This document shows positions 36,217-45,360 of a stretch of 64,000 nt of DNA, piece by piece; the first letter of the stretch is position 1, and every line of letters starts with the position of its first letter. The position numbers and the translations under genes were made by a program. The stretch lies in the sequence record SRR31156797_7944; one strand, given 5' to 3'. Below the pieces are notes generated by a model, which ran no database searches, had not been told where the DNA came from, and worked only from the letters and a program-made list of their open reading frames with translations.

Positions 36217-36532
36217 TCTTAACCCCGGATATGATGCCGACGGCTGCTCCTGCGATAACCAGAACGGAGCCCACAACGGTTGTTATCACTGATTCCGTAA
36301 CACCCCCGAAGATAGCCAACATTGTACCGAGTATCACCATGAAACCGATAAGATAAGCTTTCCAACGTTCCGCCGGTTTTCGCTTCTTTGCCTCCCCGAG
36401 CATGACCATCGCAAGCCCGGCCGAAGCCGCTACGATTTCGAGAATCCAGGACTGGGGGAACTCCCAGAAGAACCCGACCGCTACGGCAATGATTACCAGA
36501 ACGATCCCGAAGATAGACAGCATGTTTTTCAT
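36209..36532 (-). CDS. 4-TM membrane protein, holin/antiholin candidate
   Basis: Highly hydrophobic 107 aa; follows the endolysin. Confidence 0.5.
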   Translation of the reverse strand: MKNMLSIFGIVLVIIAVAVGFFWEFPQSWILEIVAASAGLAMVMLGEAKKRKPAERWKAYLIGFMVILGTMLAIFGGVTESVITTVVGSVLVIAGAAVGIISGVKNG

Positions 36533-36550
36533 ATTTCCTCCATTGGAAAA

Positions 36551-37003
36551 TTAAGCTTCAAAACCTATGAGGATGTAATTCCCGTAGCCCTTGTCATAGC
36601 CCTTTGCAATGACTTTGCCGTTGTGGCTTCTGGACCAGAGAATAGTCCAGTCTTCCCCGGTGGGGATGATGTCGAGAGAGAGGTGCCGTACCCGCCGGTC
36701 CCGTAGATAATAGGGACAATCCCAGACCGTTGTGATTGAGTACGGGGTTTTGAAAGCGCCCTCGGCACAGTACAAAAGCTGCTTCAGATCTGCGGTGACC
36801 TTTTTCCGGTTCGGCTTGATCCCCATGTCTTTGAGGCGCCAAAGGGCGCTCCTGATTCCGTGAATAACATCCAGGTGTAAGTGAGGGCCGGAAGAACAGC
36901 CTGTATTCCCCATTACTCCGATTATCTGATTACGAGTAACGGTTGATCCGATCTCTAATGTTGAGGGTGTTCGTAAATGGGCATATCGGGCTGTGTACTT
37001 CAC
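36551..37003 (-). CDS. M23 family metallopeptidase endolysin, circularly permuted
   Basis: 'YAHL...GNTGCSSGPHLH' at the N-terminus; 'HLSLD' (HxxxD) and 'GKV...GYGNYILI' at the C-terminus. Confidence 0.8.
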   Translation of the reverse strand: MKYTARYAHLRTPSTLEIGSTVTRNQIIGVMGNTGCSSGPHLHLDVIHGIRSALWRLKDMGIKPNRKKVTADLKQLLYCAEGAFKTPYSITTVWDCPYYLRDRRVRHLSLDIIPTGEDWTILWSRSHNGKVIAKGYDKGYGNYILIGFEA

Positions 37004-37021
37004 GGCATCTCCTTAGCAAGT

Positions 37022-37076
37022 TGAGCTAAGAATACTGCCGATCTATCTGGTCGGTAATGTAACCAATGTTAATTGG
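37022..37076 (-). promoter_or_regulatory. Putative activator-dependent late promoter 2 (lysis/packaging block)
   Basis: Matches 18632-18686; -10 TATTCT; dyad TAAC-ATTG-GTTA upstream. Confidence 0.7.
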
Positions 37077-37184
37077 GGGAGGGCTTTTATACGCGTACGC
37101 GAGAGGAGGTTTTCCGTTCGGAAATGGTGGGCCTGAAATTTCACAGGATAAAACGTCGTTGAAAAAGGGCCTGTGTAAAAAACC

Positions 37185-37248
37185 GTTATTTCCCGGTTAA
37201 ACCCGGAATTATCGCAGGATTCACTGAGTATTATCGCATTACCCTACA
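37185..37248 (-). promoter_or_regulatory. Right end with putative transposase-binding repeats
   Basis: TGCGATAAT twice at 22-bp spacing plus a degenerate third copy; ends in CTACA on the plus strand. Confidence 0.7.
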
Positions 37249-37254
37249 CCTAGG
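37249..37254. repeat. Right target-site duplication CCTAGG
   Basis: Identical to 1627-1632. Confidence 0.9.
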
Positions 37255-37278
37255 GATCATCCAAAAGAGGAATATAAA

Positions 37279-38847
37279 ATGAATCTGTTCTTAGAAGGTT
37301 TTCAACAGCTGTTTCAGCTGTCCAACTTTATAGCCATGAATATCGGTCTTCTCCTGGGGATGGTTTTCGGTGCCATCCCGGGGCTGACCGTCATCCTCTG
37401 TATCGTTCTCTTTCTCCCCTTCACCTACTCCATGGGAGCGATACAGTCCTTTATGTTTCTGCTGGGGATGTACTGCGCCGGAAGCTACGGCGGCTCCATC
37501 TCAGCCATCCTGATCAAGACGCCGGGAACGCCCCACGCCACGGCCACCATGCTGGACGGATACCCCCTCTCCCAGAGAGGCCAGACCCACAAGGCTCTGA
37601 ACCTGGCCCTCCAGGCGTCCACCTTCGGAGGGATCGTCAGCGCCGTGGTTCTCCTCTTCCTGGCCCCCCAGGTCAGCCTCTTCGCCCAGAAGATGGGAAC
37701 CCCCGAGTACTTCCTCGTCTGCGCCTTCGGCCTGACCATTATCGCGGGAGTGTCCGGCAAGACCCTGACCAACGGCATCATCGCCGGGGCCCTCGGGCTC
37801 TTCATCGCCACCATCGGCCTCGATCCCATGACCAGCAGCACCCGCTTCATCTTCAGCAATATCAACCTTTACTCAGGGTTCGATCTGGTGATCTGCCTTA
37901 TCGGGCTCTTCGCTCTGAGCGAGGTGCTGAACAAGAGCGGAAAGACGAAAAAGGTCTCCAGGGTCAGCCTCCACAGGGAGGAGAAAAAGCGGAACGCCAT
38001 TACGAAGGCGGATTACAGGAAGATGGCCCGCCCGGCTGTCCTGTCCTCCCTGATCGGCGTGGTCATCGGAATCATTCCCGGAACGGGAGCCTCCATGGCC
38101 TCCTTCGTCAGCTATGACCGGGCCAGGAGGATGAGCAAGACCCCGGAGGAATTCGGGAAGGGTTCGATCGAAGGCATCGCCGCCACCGAGACGGCCAATA
38201 ACGCGGTCACCGGCGCCACCCTGATCCCCCTGCTGACCCTGGGCATACCCGGCGATGCCTCGGTAGCCATCATGCTGGGGGCCCTGATGATCAACGGCCT
38301 CACCCCGGGACCGAAGCTGTTCGCCGACCACGGGGTGACCATGTACGCCATCATGCTGGGACTGATCTTCGTCAACATATTCATGTTCCTGCAGGGGAAG
38401 TTCCTGACCCGGCTTTTCGCCCGTATCATCCGGATTCCCATCCCGGTCCTGACACCGCTTATCGTGATATTCTGTTTTGCCGGAGCCTATTCGGTACAGA
38501 CCTCCCTGTTCGACATTCATGTGGCCATCGTCTTCGCGGCTGTCGCCTATGTTCTGAACAAACTGGAGGTCCCGGTGATTCCCGTCCTTCTGGGACTGGT
38601 GCTGGGGCCCATCACGGAAGAGAACTTCAGAAGGGCCCTGATCCTGTCCGACGGCAGCTGGAACATCTTCATATCCTCTCCCATCAGCCTGGCTCTTCTG
38701 GCGATCATCGCCGTCTCCCTCTTTATCATCATCAAAGGGAAGCTGAGCGAGCCTGCCGGGGAGGGCGAAGCGATCGGCTCTCCCGGAGACAGGCTATCCG
38801 ATATAGAAAAATTAAAAACCGAGGAAGAACAACATGCGCAAGCCTAA
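37279..38847 (+). CDS. tctA: Tripartite tricarboxylate transporter large membrane subunit TctA
   Basis: 'GAIPGL', 'YGGSISAILIKTPGTP', 'ETANNA', 'PLLTLGIPG' motifs. Confidence 0.95.
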   Translation: MNLFLEGFQQLFQLSNFIAMNIGLLLGMVFGAIPGLTVILCIVLFLPFTYSMGAIQSFMFLLGMYCAGSYGGSISAILIKTPGTPHATATMLDGYPLSQRGQTHKALNLALQASTFGGIVSAVVLLFLAPQVSLFAQKMGTPEYFLVCAFGLTIIAGVSGKTLTNGIIAGALGLFIATIGLDPMTSSTRFIFSNINLYSGFDLVICLIGLFALSEVLNKSGKTKKVSRVSLHREEKKRNAITKADYRKMARPAVLSSLIGVVIGIIPGTGASMASFVSYDRARRMSKTPEEFGKGSIEGIAATETANNAVTGATLIPLLTLGIPGDASVAIMLGALMINGLTPGPKLFADHGVTMYAIMLGLIFVNIFMFLQGKFLTRLFARIIRIPIPVLTPLIVIFCFAGAYSVQTSLFDIHVAIVFAAVAYVLNKLEVPVIPVLLGLVLGPITEENFRRALILSDGSWNIFISSPISLALLAIIAVSLFIIIKGKLSEPAGEGEAIGSPGDRLSDIEKLKTEEEQHAQA

Positions 38848-40207
38848 CATCATTTTCTACTTTTCCGATCAGCAGAGAGCCGACACCTGCGGCTGCTACG
38901 GCCAGGAACTGGACATCACGCCCCACCTTGACCGCTTTGCCGAAGAGGGCATCCGGTATGAGCACGCCTTCAGCCCCCAGCCGGTCTGCGGCCCCTGCCG
39001 CGCCCTCTTTCAGACCGGCCTCTACCCCACTACGACGGGCTGCTTCCGGAACAACGTCGCCCTCCCCCTAGACGCGAAGACCCTGGGCCACTACTTCACT
39101 GACGCGGGGTACGAGACCGCCTATGTGGGCAAATGGCATCTGGCGTCGGACGGCGCCCTGGAATCGGCTCCCAGGCTCAACTTTCACCACGCCCCCGTCC
39201 CCCCCGAACGCCGGGGGGGCTACGCAGGCTACTGGAGGGCCTCGGACGTTCTGGAGTTTACCTCAGACGGCTTCGGCGGCTATCTCTTCGATGAGAATAT
39301 GAAACGCCATGACTTCAAGGGCTACCGGGCGGACTGCGTCACCGACTACGCCCTGGACTTCCTCAGGGAGAGGCCGAAGGACAGGCCCTTCTTTCTGACG
39401 GTCTCCCATATCGAGCCCCATCATCAGAATGACGCGGGCCATTACCAGGGCCCCGAGGGATCGAAGGAAAGGTTCAGGGACTATGAGACGCCCGGCGATC
39501 TAAAGGGAGAGGATGGAGACCATCGGGAGGAGTATCCCGATTATCTGGGAGCCTGCGAAAGCGTGGACCGGAACTTCGGCCGCCTCATCGCCCTTCTCAA
39601 GGATGAGGGGATCTACGAGGACACGGTGATCATCTTCAGTTCCGACCACGGATCTCACTTCCGTACGCGAAACAGGGACGACCATCTGAACGGCTATGAC
39701 GACTATAAGCGGACCGGCCATGACTCGGCCCTCAGGGTGCCTCTCGTCATCAGGGGCGGAGCCTTCAGGGGAGGAAAGACCGTTCGGGATCTGGTCAGCA
39801 CCGCAGGCATACCCAAGACCCTCCTCTCCATCGCGGGGATAAAGGAGGATGCCCGTACCCCCATGGTGGGGGAGGATCTCCTCGCCGTAGCGGAGGGCCG
39901 TCTTCCGGAGAGAAGGAATGAGGTGTTCGCCCAGATCTCGGAAAGCCGCCTGGGAAGGGTGCTTCGCACAGATGCCTTTACCTACGCCGTCTATGCTCCC
40001 GGCCGGAACGGCGGAGAAGAGTCCCAAAGCGATGAGTATGCGGATGACTATCTCTACGACCTGAAAAGGGATCCCCATCAGAAGAATAACGTTGTCGGAG
40101 ATCCTGCGTACAGGGCCGTCAAGGGGGATTTGAGAAAGCGTCTTATCCAGTGGATCGCCGAGGCCGAATACGAGGGAGACCGGAGCCGGGTTTCCATAAT
40201 CGAATGA
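38834..40207 (+). CDS. Cys-type sulfatase
   Basis: 'KPNIIF..SDQQR', CxPxR (CGPCR), 'GKWHL', 'SDHG' motifs. Confidence 0.9.
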   Translation: MRKPNIIFYFSDQQRADTCGCYGQELDITPHLDRFAEEGIRYEHAFSPQPVCGPCRALFQTGLYPTTTGCFRNNVALPLDAKTLGHYFTDAGYETAYVGKWHLASDGALESAPRLNFHHAPVPPERRGGYAGYWRASDVLEFTSDGFGGYLFDENMKRHDFKGYRADCVTDYALDFLRERPKDRPFFLTVSHIEPHHQNDAGHYQGPEGSKERFRDYETPGDLKGEDGDHREEYPDYLGACESVDRNFGRLIALLKDEGIYEDTVIIFSSDHGSHFRTRNRDDHLNGYDDYKRTGHDSALRVPLVIRGGAFRGGKTVRDLVSTAGIPKTLLSIAGIKEDARTPMVGEDLLAVAEGRLPERRNEVFAQISESRLGRVLRTDAFTYAVYAPGRNGGEESQSDEYADDYLYDLKRDPHQKNNVVGDPAYRAVKGDLRKRLIQWIAEAEYEGDRSRVSIIE

Positions 40208-40237
40208 ATTGACAGCCGAAAGTTCTCATGCGACCTT

Positions 40238-41389
40238 ATGGGAAAGGATCATGCTTTGAATGATAAAGACGAACTGAAAGGACTCCTCCCCTCACAGAAA
40301 AAATACCTCAGGGTCTATGAGTACCTGCTCGTCTATATCGACCGGAACAAGTTCTCTGAGAACAACAGGCTCCCCTCCGAGAACTTCCTCTGCCGGAAGT
40401 TCTCGGTCAGCCGGGAGACCGTCCGCAACGCCGTGAGGCTTCTGACCGACGCGGGCCGCGTCTTCTCCGTAAGGGGGAGCGGCAGCTACTTCGACCGGAA
40501 TTTCGCCCTCAAGGAGACGGCGCCGAAGGACAACGGCAAGACCAGGATCGGCTTTATCACCCAGGGGCATGACTACAATACCAGCTCCAACCTGGCCAGG
40601 GGCATTAAGCATGCCCTCAACAGGGACACGGTGGATCTGAAGATCTTTCTGACCGATAACAAGCTGAGCAGCGAGCGCCAGTGCCTGGAGTCCTGTTCCA
40701 CCGGCTTCGACGGCCTGATCGTGGACGGCGTCAAGGCCAGCATCATGAATCCCAATCTGGACTGCTACCAGAGGATTGACCGCCATGACACCCGCCTGCT
40801 CTTCTTCAACAACTACTATATCGGCACGCCCTACCACAAGGTCATCATCAACGACGCCCTGTGCGCGGACGAGCTGGTCTGCCGCCTGACCAGGGCGGGG
40901 CACAGGCATATCGCCGGCATCTTCGTCTACGACAACTATCAGGGCCAGGAGAAGTACAACGGCTTTATGCGCTCCCTGATCAAGTACGAGGCCGTGTTCA
41001 GGGACGAATACGTGAGATGGTGTACCTCCGAGGAGAGCCATGACGCCCGCTCCTTCTCCCGGGCCCTGTGGAAGTATATCAGGGGCCTCCCCAGGGCGAC
41101 CGCCCTGGTCTGCTGTAACTACATGATCCTGAGCATGGTGCAGGAGCTGTTCGCCCGGAAGGGCGTCCGGGTGCCCGAGGATTATTCGATCGTCTGCTTC
41201 GACTACTCCGGCGCCGACTGGCGGGAAAGCCGGATAACCTCCTCCGTTCACCCCGGCTTCGACATGGGCGTCCTGGTGGGTGAGAACATACTGAAGATGG
41301 TGGAAGACCCGGACTTCCGCAGACACGACTACTCCTACACCTTCGCTCCCCGTATCCACGAGGGCAGCTCCATACGCGATATCCGATAG
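40238..41389 (+). CDS. GntR HTH plus periplasmic-binding-fold regulator (AraR-like)
   Basis: 'LPSENFLCRKFSVSRETVR..GSGSY' followed by a LacI-like sensor domain. Confidence 0.85.
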   Translation: MGKDHALNDKDELKGLLPSQKKYLRVYEYLLVYIDRNKFSENNRLPSENFLCRKFSVSRETVRNAVRLLTDAGRVFSVRGSGSYFDRNFALKETAPKDNGKTRIGFITQGHDYNTSSNLARGIKHALNRDTVDLKIFLTDNKLSSERQCLESCSTGFDGLIVDGVKASIMNPNLDCYQRIDRHDTRLLFFNNYYIGTPYHKVIINDALCADELVCRLTRAGHRHIAGIFVYDNYQGQEKYNGFMRSLIKYEAVFRDEYVRWCTSEESHDARSFSRALWKYIRGLPRATALVCCNYMILSMVQELFARKGVRVPEDYSIVCFDYSGADWRESRITSSVHPGFDMGVLVGENILKMVEDPDFRRHDYSYTFAPRIHEGSSIRDIR

Positions 41390-41396
41390 GAACGGG

Positions 41397-42338
41397 TTAA
41401 CGGATACTTGTCAGAAATGAGTAAGCCGAAAAGATAAGCATCGCCCCGATGGTATGCAGGACAATGGTGTTGTTCAGGAGCACCGTTTCGTCTCCCTCCA
41501 GATACTCGTCCGCCAGCAGGGGCATGGAGAATACGGGAGGCAGGGAGATAAAGAGGAAGTAGGCGGCGTTCCGGGGGGCATTCATAGGGATCAGCCTGTC
41601 CAGCAGAAGGATCTTAACCAAGTATCCCAGGGCATACAGGGTGACCAGGCGAAGGACCGCATAGCCCAGGCTCCGCCTCAGATAGCGGGATGACAGGCTT
41701 ATGTTGCAGCCGATAAAGACGAGGATCAGAGGGGTCGTCAGCCTGGACGCGGCGATGAGGGTATCCGAGATCCCCATAACCAGGAAATTCCCGCTTGCCT
41801 CTATCTCAATGCCCAGGACGCCGAAAAGGCAGCCGAGGATGATGGACCAGACGATGGGAGACCTGAGAAAGGAGGCGTTGAAATGCTCCTTGGCGCTGCC
41901 GCCGCTCAGGTACCATTTCAGCAGGAAGTAGAAGATAAACCAGTTGTACAGCTCGTTCCCCAGTCCGAAAATGGTATAGTGCTGCAGGTTCTCATAGCCG
42001 TAAAGGGCCTCGTAAAGGGGGATCCCTATAAGGGAGAAGTTCATGGTGGAGATAAACAGGGGGAGCAGCTTGAGCCGGCCTCCGCTGATCCTGACGAAGA
42101 GATAGGCCCCCCAGAACAGAACCAGATTCATCGCCAGGATAAGGGCCGTCACATGGATGAAACCCGCATTAAAGTCCTGCCTTGAGAAGGAGAGGAAGAG
42201 AACCGCGGGGATGGCCAGATAGAGAACGGCCTTCTTGATTCCCTCTGTCCCCTTCCGGTCCAGCACATTGCCTTTCCTGAAGAGGATGCCCAGAAGGATG
42301 AATATGGATATCTTAAGGATTCCGGCGAGCTGAGTCAT
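41397..42338 (-). CDS. AEC (auxin efflux carrier) family membrane transporter
   Basis: About 10 TMs; 'AIPAVLF', 'N..LIGIP', 'SPI' motifs. Confidence 0.7.
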   Translation of the reverse strand: MTQLAGILKISIFILLGILFRKGNVLDRKGTEGIKKAVLYLAIPAVLFLSFSRQDFNAGFIHVTALILAMNLVLFWGAYLFVRISGGRLKLLPLFISTMNFSLIGIPLYEALYGYENLQHYTIFGLGNELYNWFIFYFLLKWYLSGGSAKEHFNASFLRSPIVWSIILGCLFGVLGIEIEASGNFLVMGISDTLIAASRLTTPLILVFIGCNISLSSRYLRRSLGYAVLRLVTLYALGYLVKILLLDRLIPMNAPRNAAYFLFISLPPVFSMPLLADEYLEGDETVLLNNTIVLHTIGAMLIFSAYSFLTSIR

Positions 42339-42418
42339 CTGGCGCTTTCCTGCCGCTCCCCGAAGAGAGAACCCCTCCGAAAGCCTCAGCCTCCGGAGGG
42401 TGTTCAGGGGAAGGGTTG

Positions 42419-43597
42419 TTACTTATAGTCGACCCATGCGGCTCCGGCGTCGGCGGATCTCACACAGTTTTCCAGGAACCTGACGCCCTCGATGCCGGCC
42501 TCGATGCCGGGGAAGTTCAGCTCTTCCAGAGCCTTTGGGTCTCCCTCGTCCATGGCCTTCATGGCAAAGCCGAAGTTGTTGTACAGATTGGACCAGGACT
42601 CGAAGAGCCCCTCGGCGTGGCCGCAGCCGATTCTGTCGCCGCCCACGCAGGGATCGTCTCCGTAGAGGTAGCCGTGCCCCCGGTCCAGCAGCTGCTTGGG
42701 CTGTCCCTGCACCTCGTATACCAGCTGGTTGGGATGCTCGTCCCACCACTCGACGCTGGCCTTGCTGCCGATGATTCTGATCTTCTGCTCGTGAATGGCT
42801 CCGGCGTTTACGGCGGAGGACCAGAGATTGGCCACGGCGCCGCCCTTCAGATTCATAAGGACGAAGGCGTTGTCTTCCAGGGGAGCCCGGCTTTTGATAA
42901 AGCTCTGCCTGTGGCACATCAGGCTCTCGATCTCGAAACCGGGGACCATCAGCTCAGCCATATAGAGGTTGTGGGTTCCGATATCCCCCAGGACATAGGT
43001 GGGGCCCGCGACCTCGGGGGAAACGCGCCACTTCAAACCGGGGTCATTGATCTCCAGCTCTTCAGAGTGCCATCCATGGGCGAACTGCATATTGATGATC
43101 CTGATCTCTCCCAGATCCCCGTTCTCAATCATCTTCCTGGCCTGATGGACCATCTGATGACCCGTATAGCCGTAGGTTACGCAGATCATCTTCTTCCGGT
43201 CATCCGCCAGAGCCTTCAGCTCCTCGGCCTCACTGGAAGTAAAGCAGAGGGGCTTCTCGCAGACGATATGGAGTCCCGCTTCCAGGGCGTCTTTGCACAT
43301 CTGATAGTGAAACTTGTTGGGGGTGGCGATGGATACGGCCTCGATGCCGTCGTCCCGCTTCGCCTCTTCGGCCAGCATCTCCCTGTAATCGGCGTAGCAT
43401 CTGCCCTCATCCAGCCCGATGCCGGCGCCGAAGGATTTGCAGCGCCCGGGATCGATATCGAAGGCCCCCGCCACAAGCTCGAACAGCCCGTCCCGCCGTG
43501 CGGCGGATCTGTGTATGTATCCGATCTGGCTTCCCCGCCCGCCGCCGATCATGGCCCAGCGGTAGGGACGGTCCAGTCTTTTTTCTTCATTGAACAT
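42419..43597 (-). CDS. Gfo/Idh/MocA family oxidoreductase (inositol-related)
   Basis: 'IGGGRGSQIGYIHR', 'IATPN..H', 'CEKP', 'DIGTH' motifs. Confidence 0.9.
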   Translation of the reverse strand: MFNEEKRLDRPYRWAMIGGGRGSQIGYIHRSAARRDGLFELVAGAFDIDPGRCKSFGAGIGLDEGRCYADYREMLAEEAKRDDGIEAVSIATPNKFHYQMCKDALEAGLHIVCEKPLCFTSSEAEELKALADDRKKMICVTYGYTGHQMVHQARKMIENGDLGEIRIINMQFAHGWHSEELEINDPGLKWRVSPEVAGPTYVLGDIGTHNLYMAELMVPGFEIESLMCHRQSFIKSRAPLEDNAFVLMNLKGGAVANLWSSAVNAGAIHEQKIRIIGSKASVEWWDEHPNQLVYEVQGQPKQLLDRGHGYLYGDDPCVGGDRIGCGHAEGLFESWSNLYNNFGFAMKAMDEGDPKALEELNFPGIEAGIEGVRFLENCVRSADAGAAWVDYK

Positions 43598-43618
43598 AAG
43601 CTCATTCCTCTCCGTTTT

Positions 43619-44443
43619 TTAAAAAAATCGTTTCATCCTCGCCAGCGTATCGGCGGCGATATCCATCAGGTCCGCCTCCCACAGCTTGTGGCAGAGGATC
43701 TCGCCCGAGTAGAAACCGTCGTAGCCCGTGGCCTTAACGGCGTCGATCCATTCGCCCAGGGGGATGTCGCCGTCCCCCGGCAGGGCTCCCCTGAGAAGGG
43801 TTTCATCGATCCAGGGTTCCCCTTCCCCCGGGCGGTAGCCGTCGGCTATATGGACGCCGTAGATCATGTTCTTGTCCAGCCGGGCTATGTCTTCGGGGGT
43901 TCCGCCCCGGCTGGCCCAGAAGTGCCAGAAGTCGACGACGAAGCCGAAGTTGTCCATCCCCACTTCCTGGACCAGGGCCTTGCACTGCTCCAGGCTGTGG
44001 ATGGGGGTCCAGGCGGCGCCCTCGTACTGAAACCGGATGCCCCTGGCCCTGCCCAGTTCACAGATCTTCCTGATATTGGCGGCGGTCAGCCTGATGTTGT
44101 CTTCCGCCGATCTGTCCGCCAGTTCCATAAAGGCGTTCAGCTGTATGGTGGGGCAGCCGATTTCGGCGGCCGTTTCGATCAACAGCTCGGCCTTCTTCAT
44201 CACCCCGGCGAAGACATCGGGTTTCTGGCTTTCCACATCGCCGATAATGTCGATGCAGCTGACCTTCATATCGTGCTTCTCCAGCAGAAGACTCAGATCC
44301 TCACCGGTAAAGCCGGAAGCCAGATAGCGGTCCAGCTTGTCCGTATGGAGCTCCACCGCGTCATAGCCGGCCTCATCGGCTATCCTGATATCCGTCGCCA
44401 CATTGGAGTATCTGACAAGCAGTCCGTGCAATCCGAATTTCAT
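43619..44443 (-). CDS. Sugar phosphate isomerase/epimerase TIM barrel (IolI-like)
   Basis: 'VVDFWHF', 'VHIAD', 'PGDGDIPL', 'GYDG..SGE' motifs. Confidence 0.7.
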   Translation of the reverse strand: MKFGLHGLLVRYSNVATDIRIADEAGYDAVELHTDKLDRYLASGFTGEDLSLLLEKHDMKVSCIDIIGDVESQKPDVFAGVMKKAELLIETAAEIGCPTIQLNAFMELADRSAEDNIRLTAANIRKICELGRARGIRFQYEGAAWTPIHSLEQCKALVQEVGMDNFGFVVDFWHFWASRGGTPEDIARLDKNMIYGVHIADGYRPGEGEPWIDETLLRGALPGDGDIPLGEWIDAVKATGYDGFYSGEILCHKLWEADLMDIAADTLARMKRFF

Positions 44444-44460
44444 AGGGCCCTCCTTCAGGC

Positions 44461-45360
44461 TTATATGTCCAGTTTCTCTTTGATAAAGGCTCTGGATTTC
44501 TGGGCGTACTCAAGGGGATCGTAGAGATGGGGATCCTGCTCGGCTTCCACTACGATCCAGCCCTCGAAGCTGCTGTTTCTGATGACGTCGAACACGCCGT
44601 CCCAGTCCACCATATCCCCGTCTCCGGGCACGGTGAAAACACCTTCGATAACAGAGCCCACATAGCTGTAGCGCTCCGGTCCCACATTGTCCCAGACGGC
44701 CTTCCTCAGGTCCTTCAGATGGATGTGGGCGGTTCTGTCGATGAATTTCTTAAAGGCCTCTACCGCGTTCTCACCGGCGTATGTCCAGTGTCCGGTATCA
44801 AGCAGACACTTAACGAGTTTGGGATCGGTCATATCCATCAGCTTGCTGTACTGTTCCAGGGTCTGGATCCCCGTACCCATATGATGATGGTAGGCAACGG
44901 TCATGCCCTTCTCCGCCGCAAGCTCGCCGAGCCTGTTGCAGCCGTCGGCGATAAGCTTGAACTGCTCATCGCTCAGGGTCGGGCTGTTTTCATAAAGGGG
45001 ACAGCCCGTATCGCCCTGGACGCTCATGCCTACCTCGCACACGCCGATGACCTTCGCTCCGGTCGCATGGAGGAAGTCACGTGTCTTGATAAACTGCTCA
45101 TAGGTGAACTCGGCGGGTCTGGTGGTGAAGAAACAGCTGAACCATGAATTACAGATTGTCATGTCTCGAAGCTTCAGAGCCTTGTTCAGAACTTCGGGGT
45201 CTTTGGGATATTTATTGCCGATCTCGCTCCCCTGAAATCCGGCGAGGGCCATCTCGCTCAGACACTGCTGATAGGTCAGTTCGCCGCCCAGCTCGGGGGC
45301 GTCGTCGTTGGTCCAGTTAATGGGCGCGCAGGCCAGCTTGATTTTAGATCTGTCAATCAT
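44461..45360 (-). CDS. iolE: myo-inosose-2 dehydratase
   Basis: 'APINWTNDD', 'YHHHMGT', 'DTGH', 'HIHLKD', 'FTVPGDG', 'VEAEQDP' motifs. Confidence 0.92.
   Translation of the reverse strand: MIDRSKIKLACAPINWTNDDAPELGGELTYQQCLSEMALAGFQGSEIGNKYPKDPEVLNKALKLRDMTICNSWFSCFFTTRPAEFTYEQFIKTRDFLHATGAKVIGVCEVGMSVQGDTGCPLYENSPTLSDEQFKLIADGCNRLGELAAEKGMTVAYHHHMGTGIQTLEQYSKLMDMTDPKLVKCLLDTGHWTYAGENAVEAFKKFIDRTAHIHLKDLRKAVWDNVGPERYSYVGSVIEGVFTVPGDGDMVDWDGVFDVIRNSSFEGWIVVEAEQDPHLYDPLEYAQKSRAFIKEKLDI

Larger units (their letters stand above)
1633..37248. mobile_element. Transposable (Mu/B3-like) myovirus prophage, apparently complete, 35,616 bp
   Basis: TGTAG...CTACA termini, 6-bp TSD, DDE transposase plus AAA ATPase, GemA, Mor, Mu-type terminase, portal, gpF, protease I and capsid T, contractile tail genes. 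Confidence 0.95.

Noticed and set aside
42416-44524. 702-aa plus-strand ORF and similar long antisense ORFs (e.g. 52879-54375, 60572-61906, 61906-63249, 16716-18110, 40292-41359)
   Set aside because: Shadow frames of well-supported genes on the opposite strand, expected from GC-rich codon bias; no recognisable motifs
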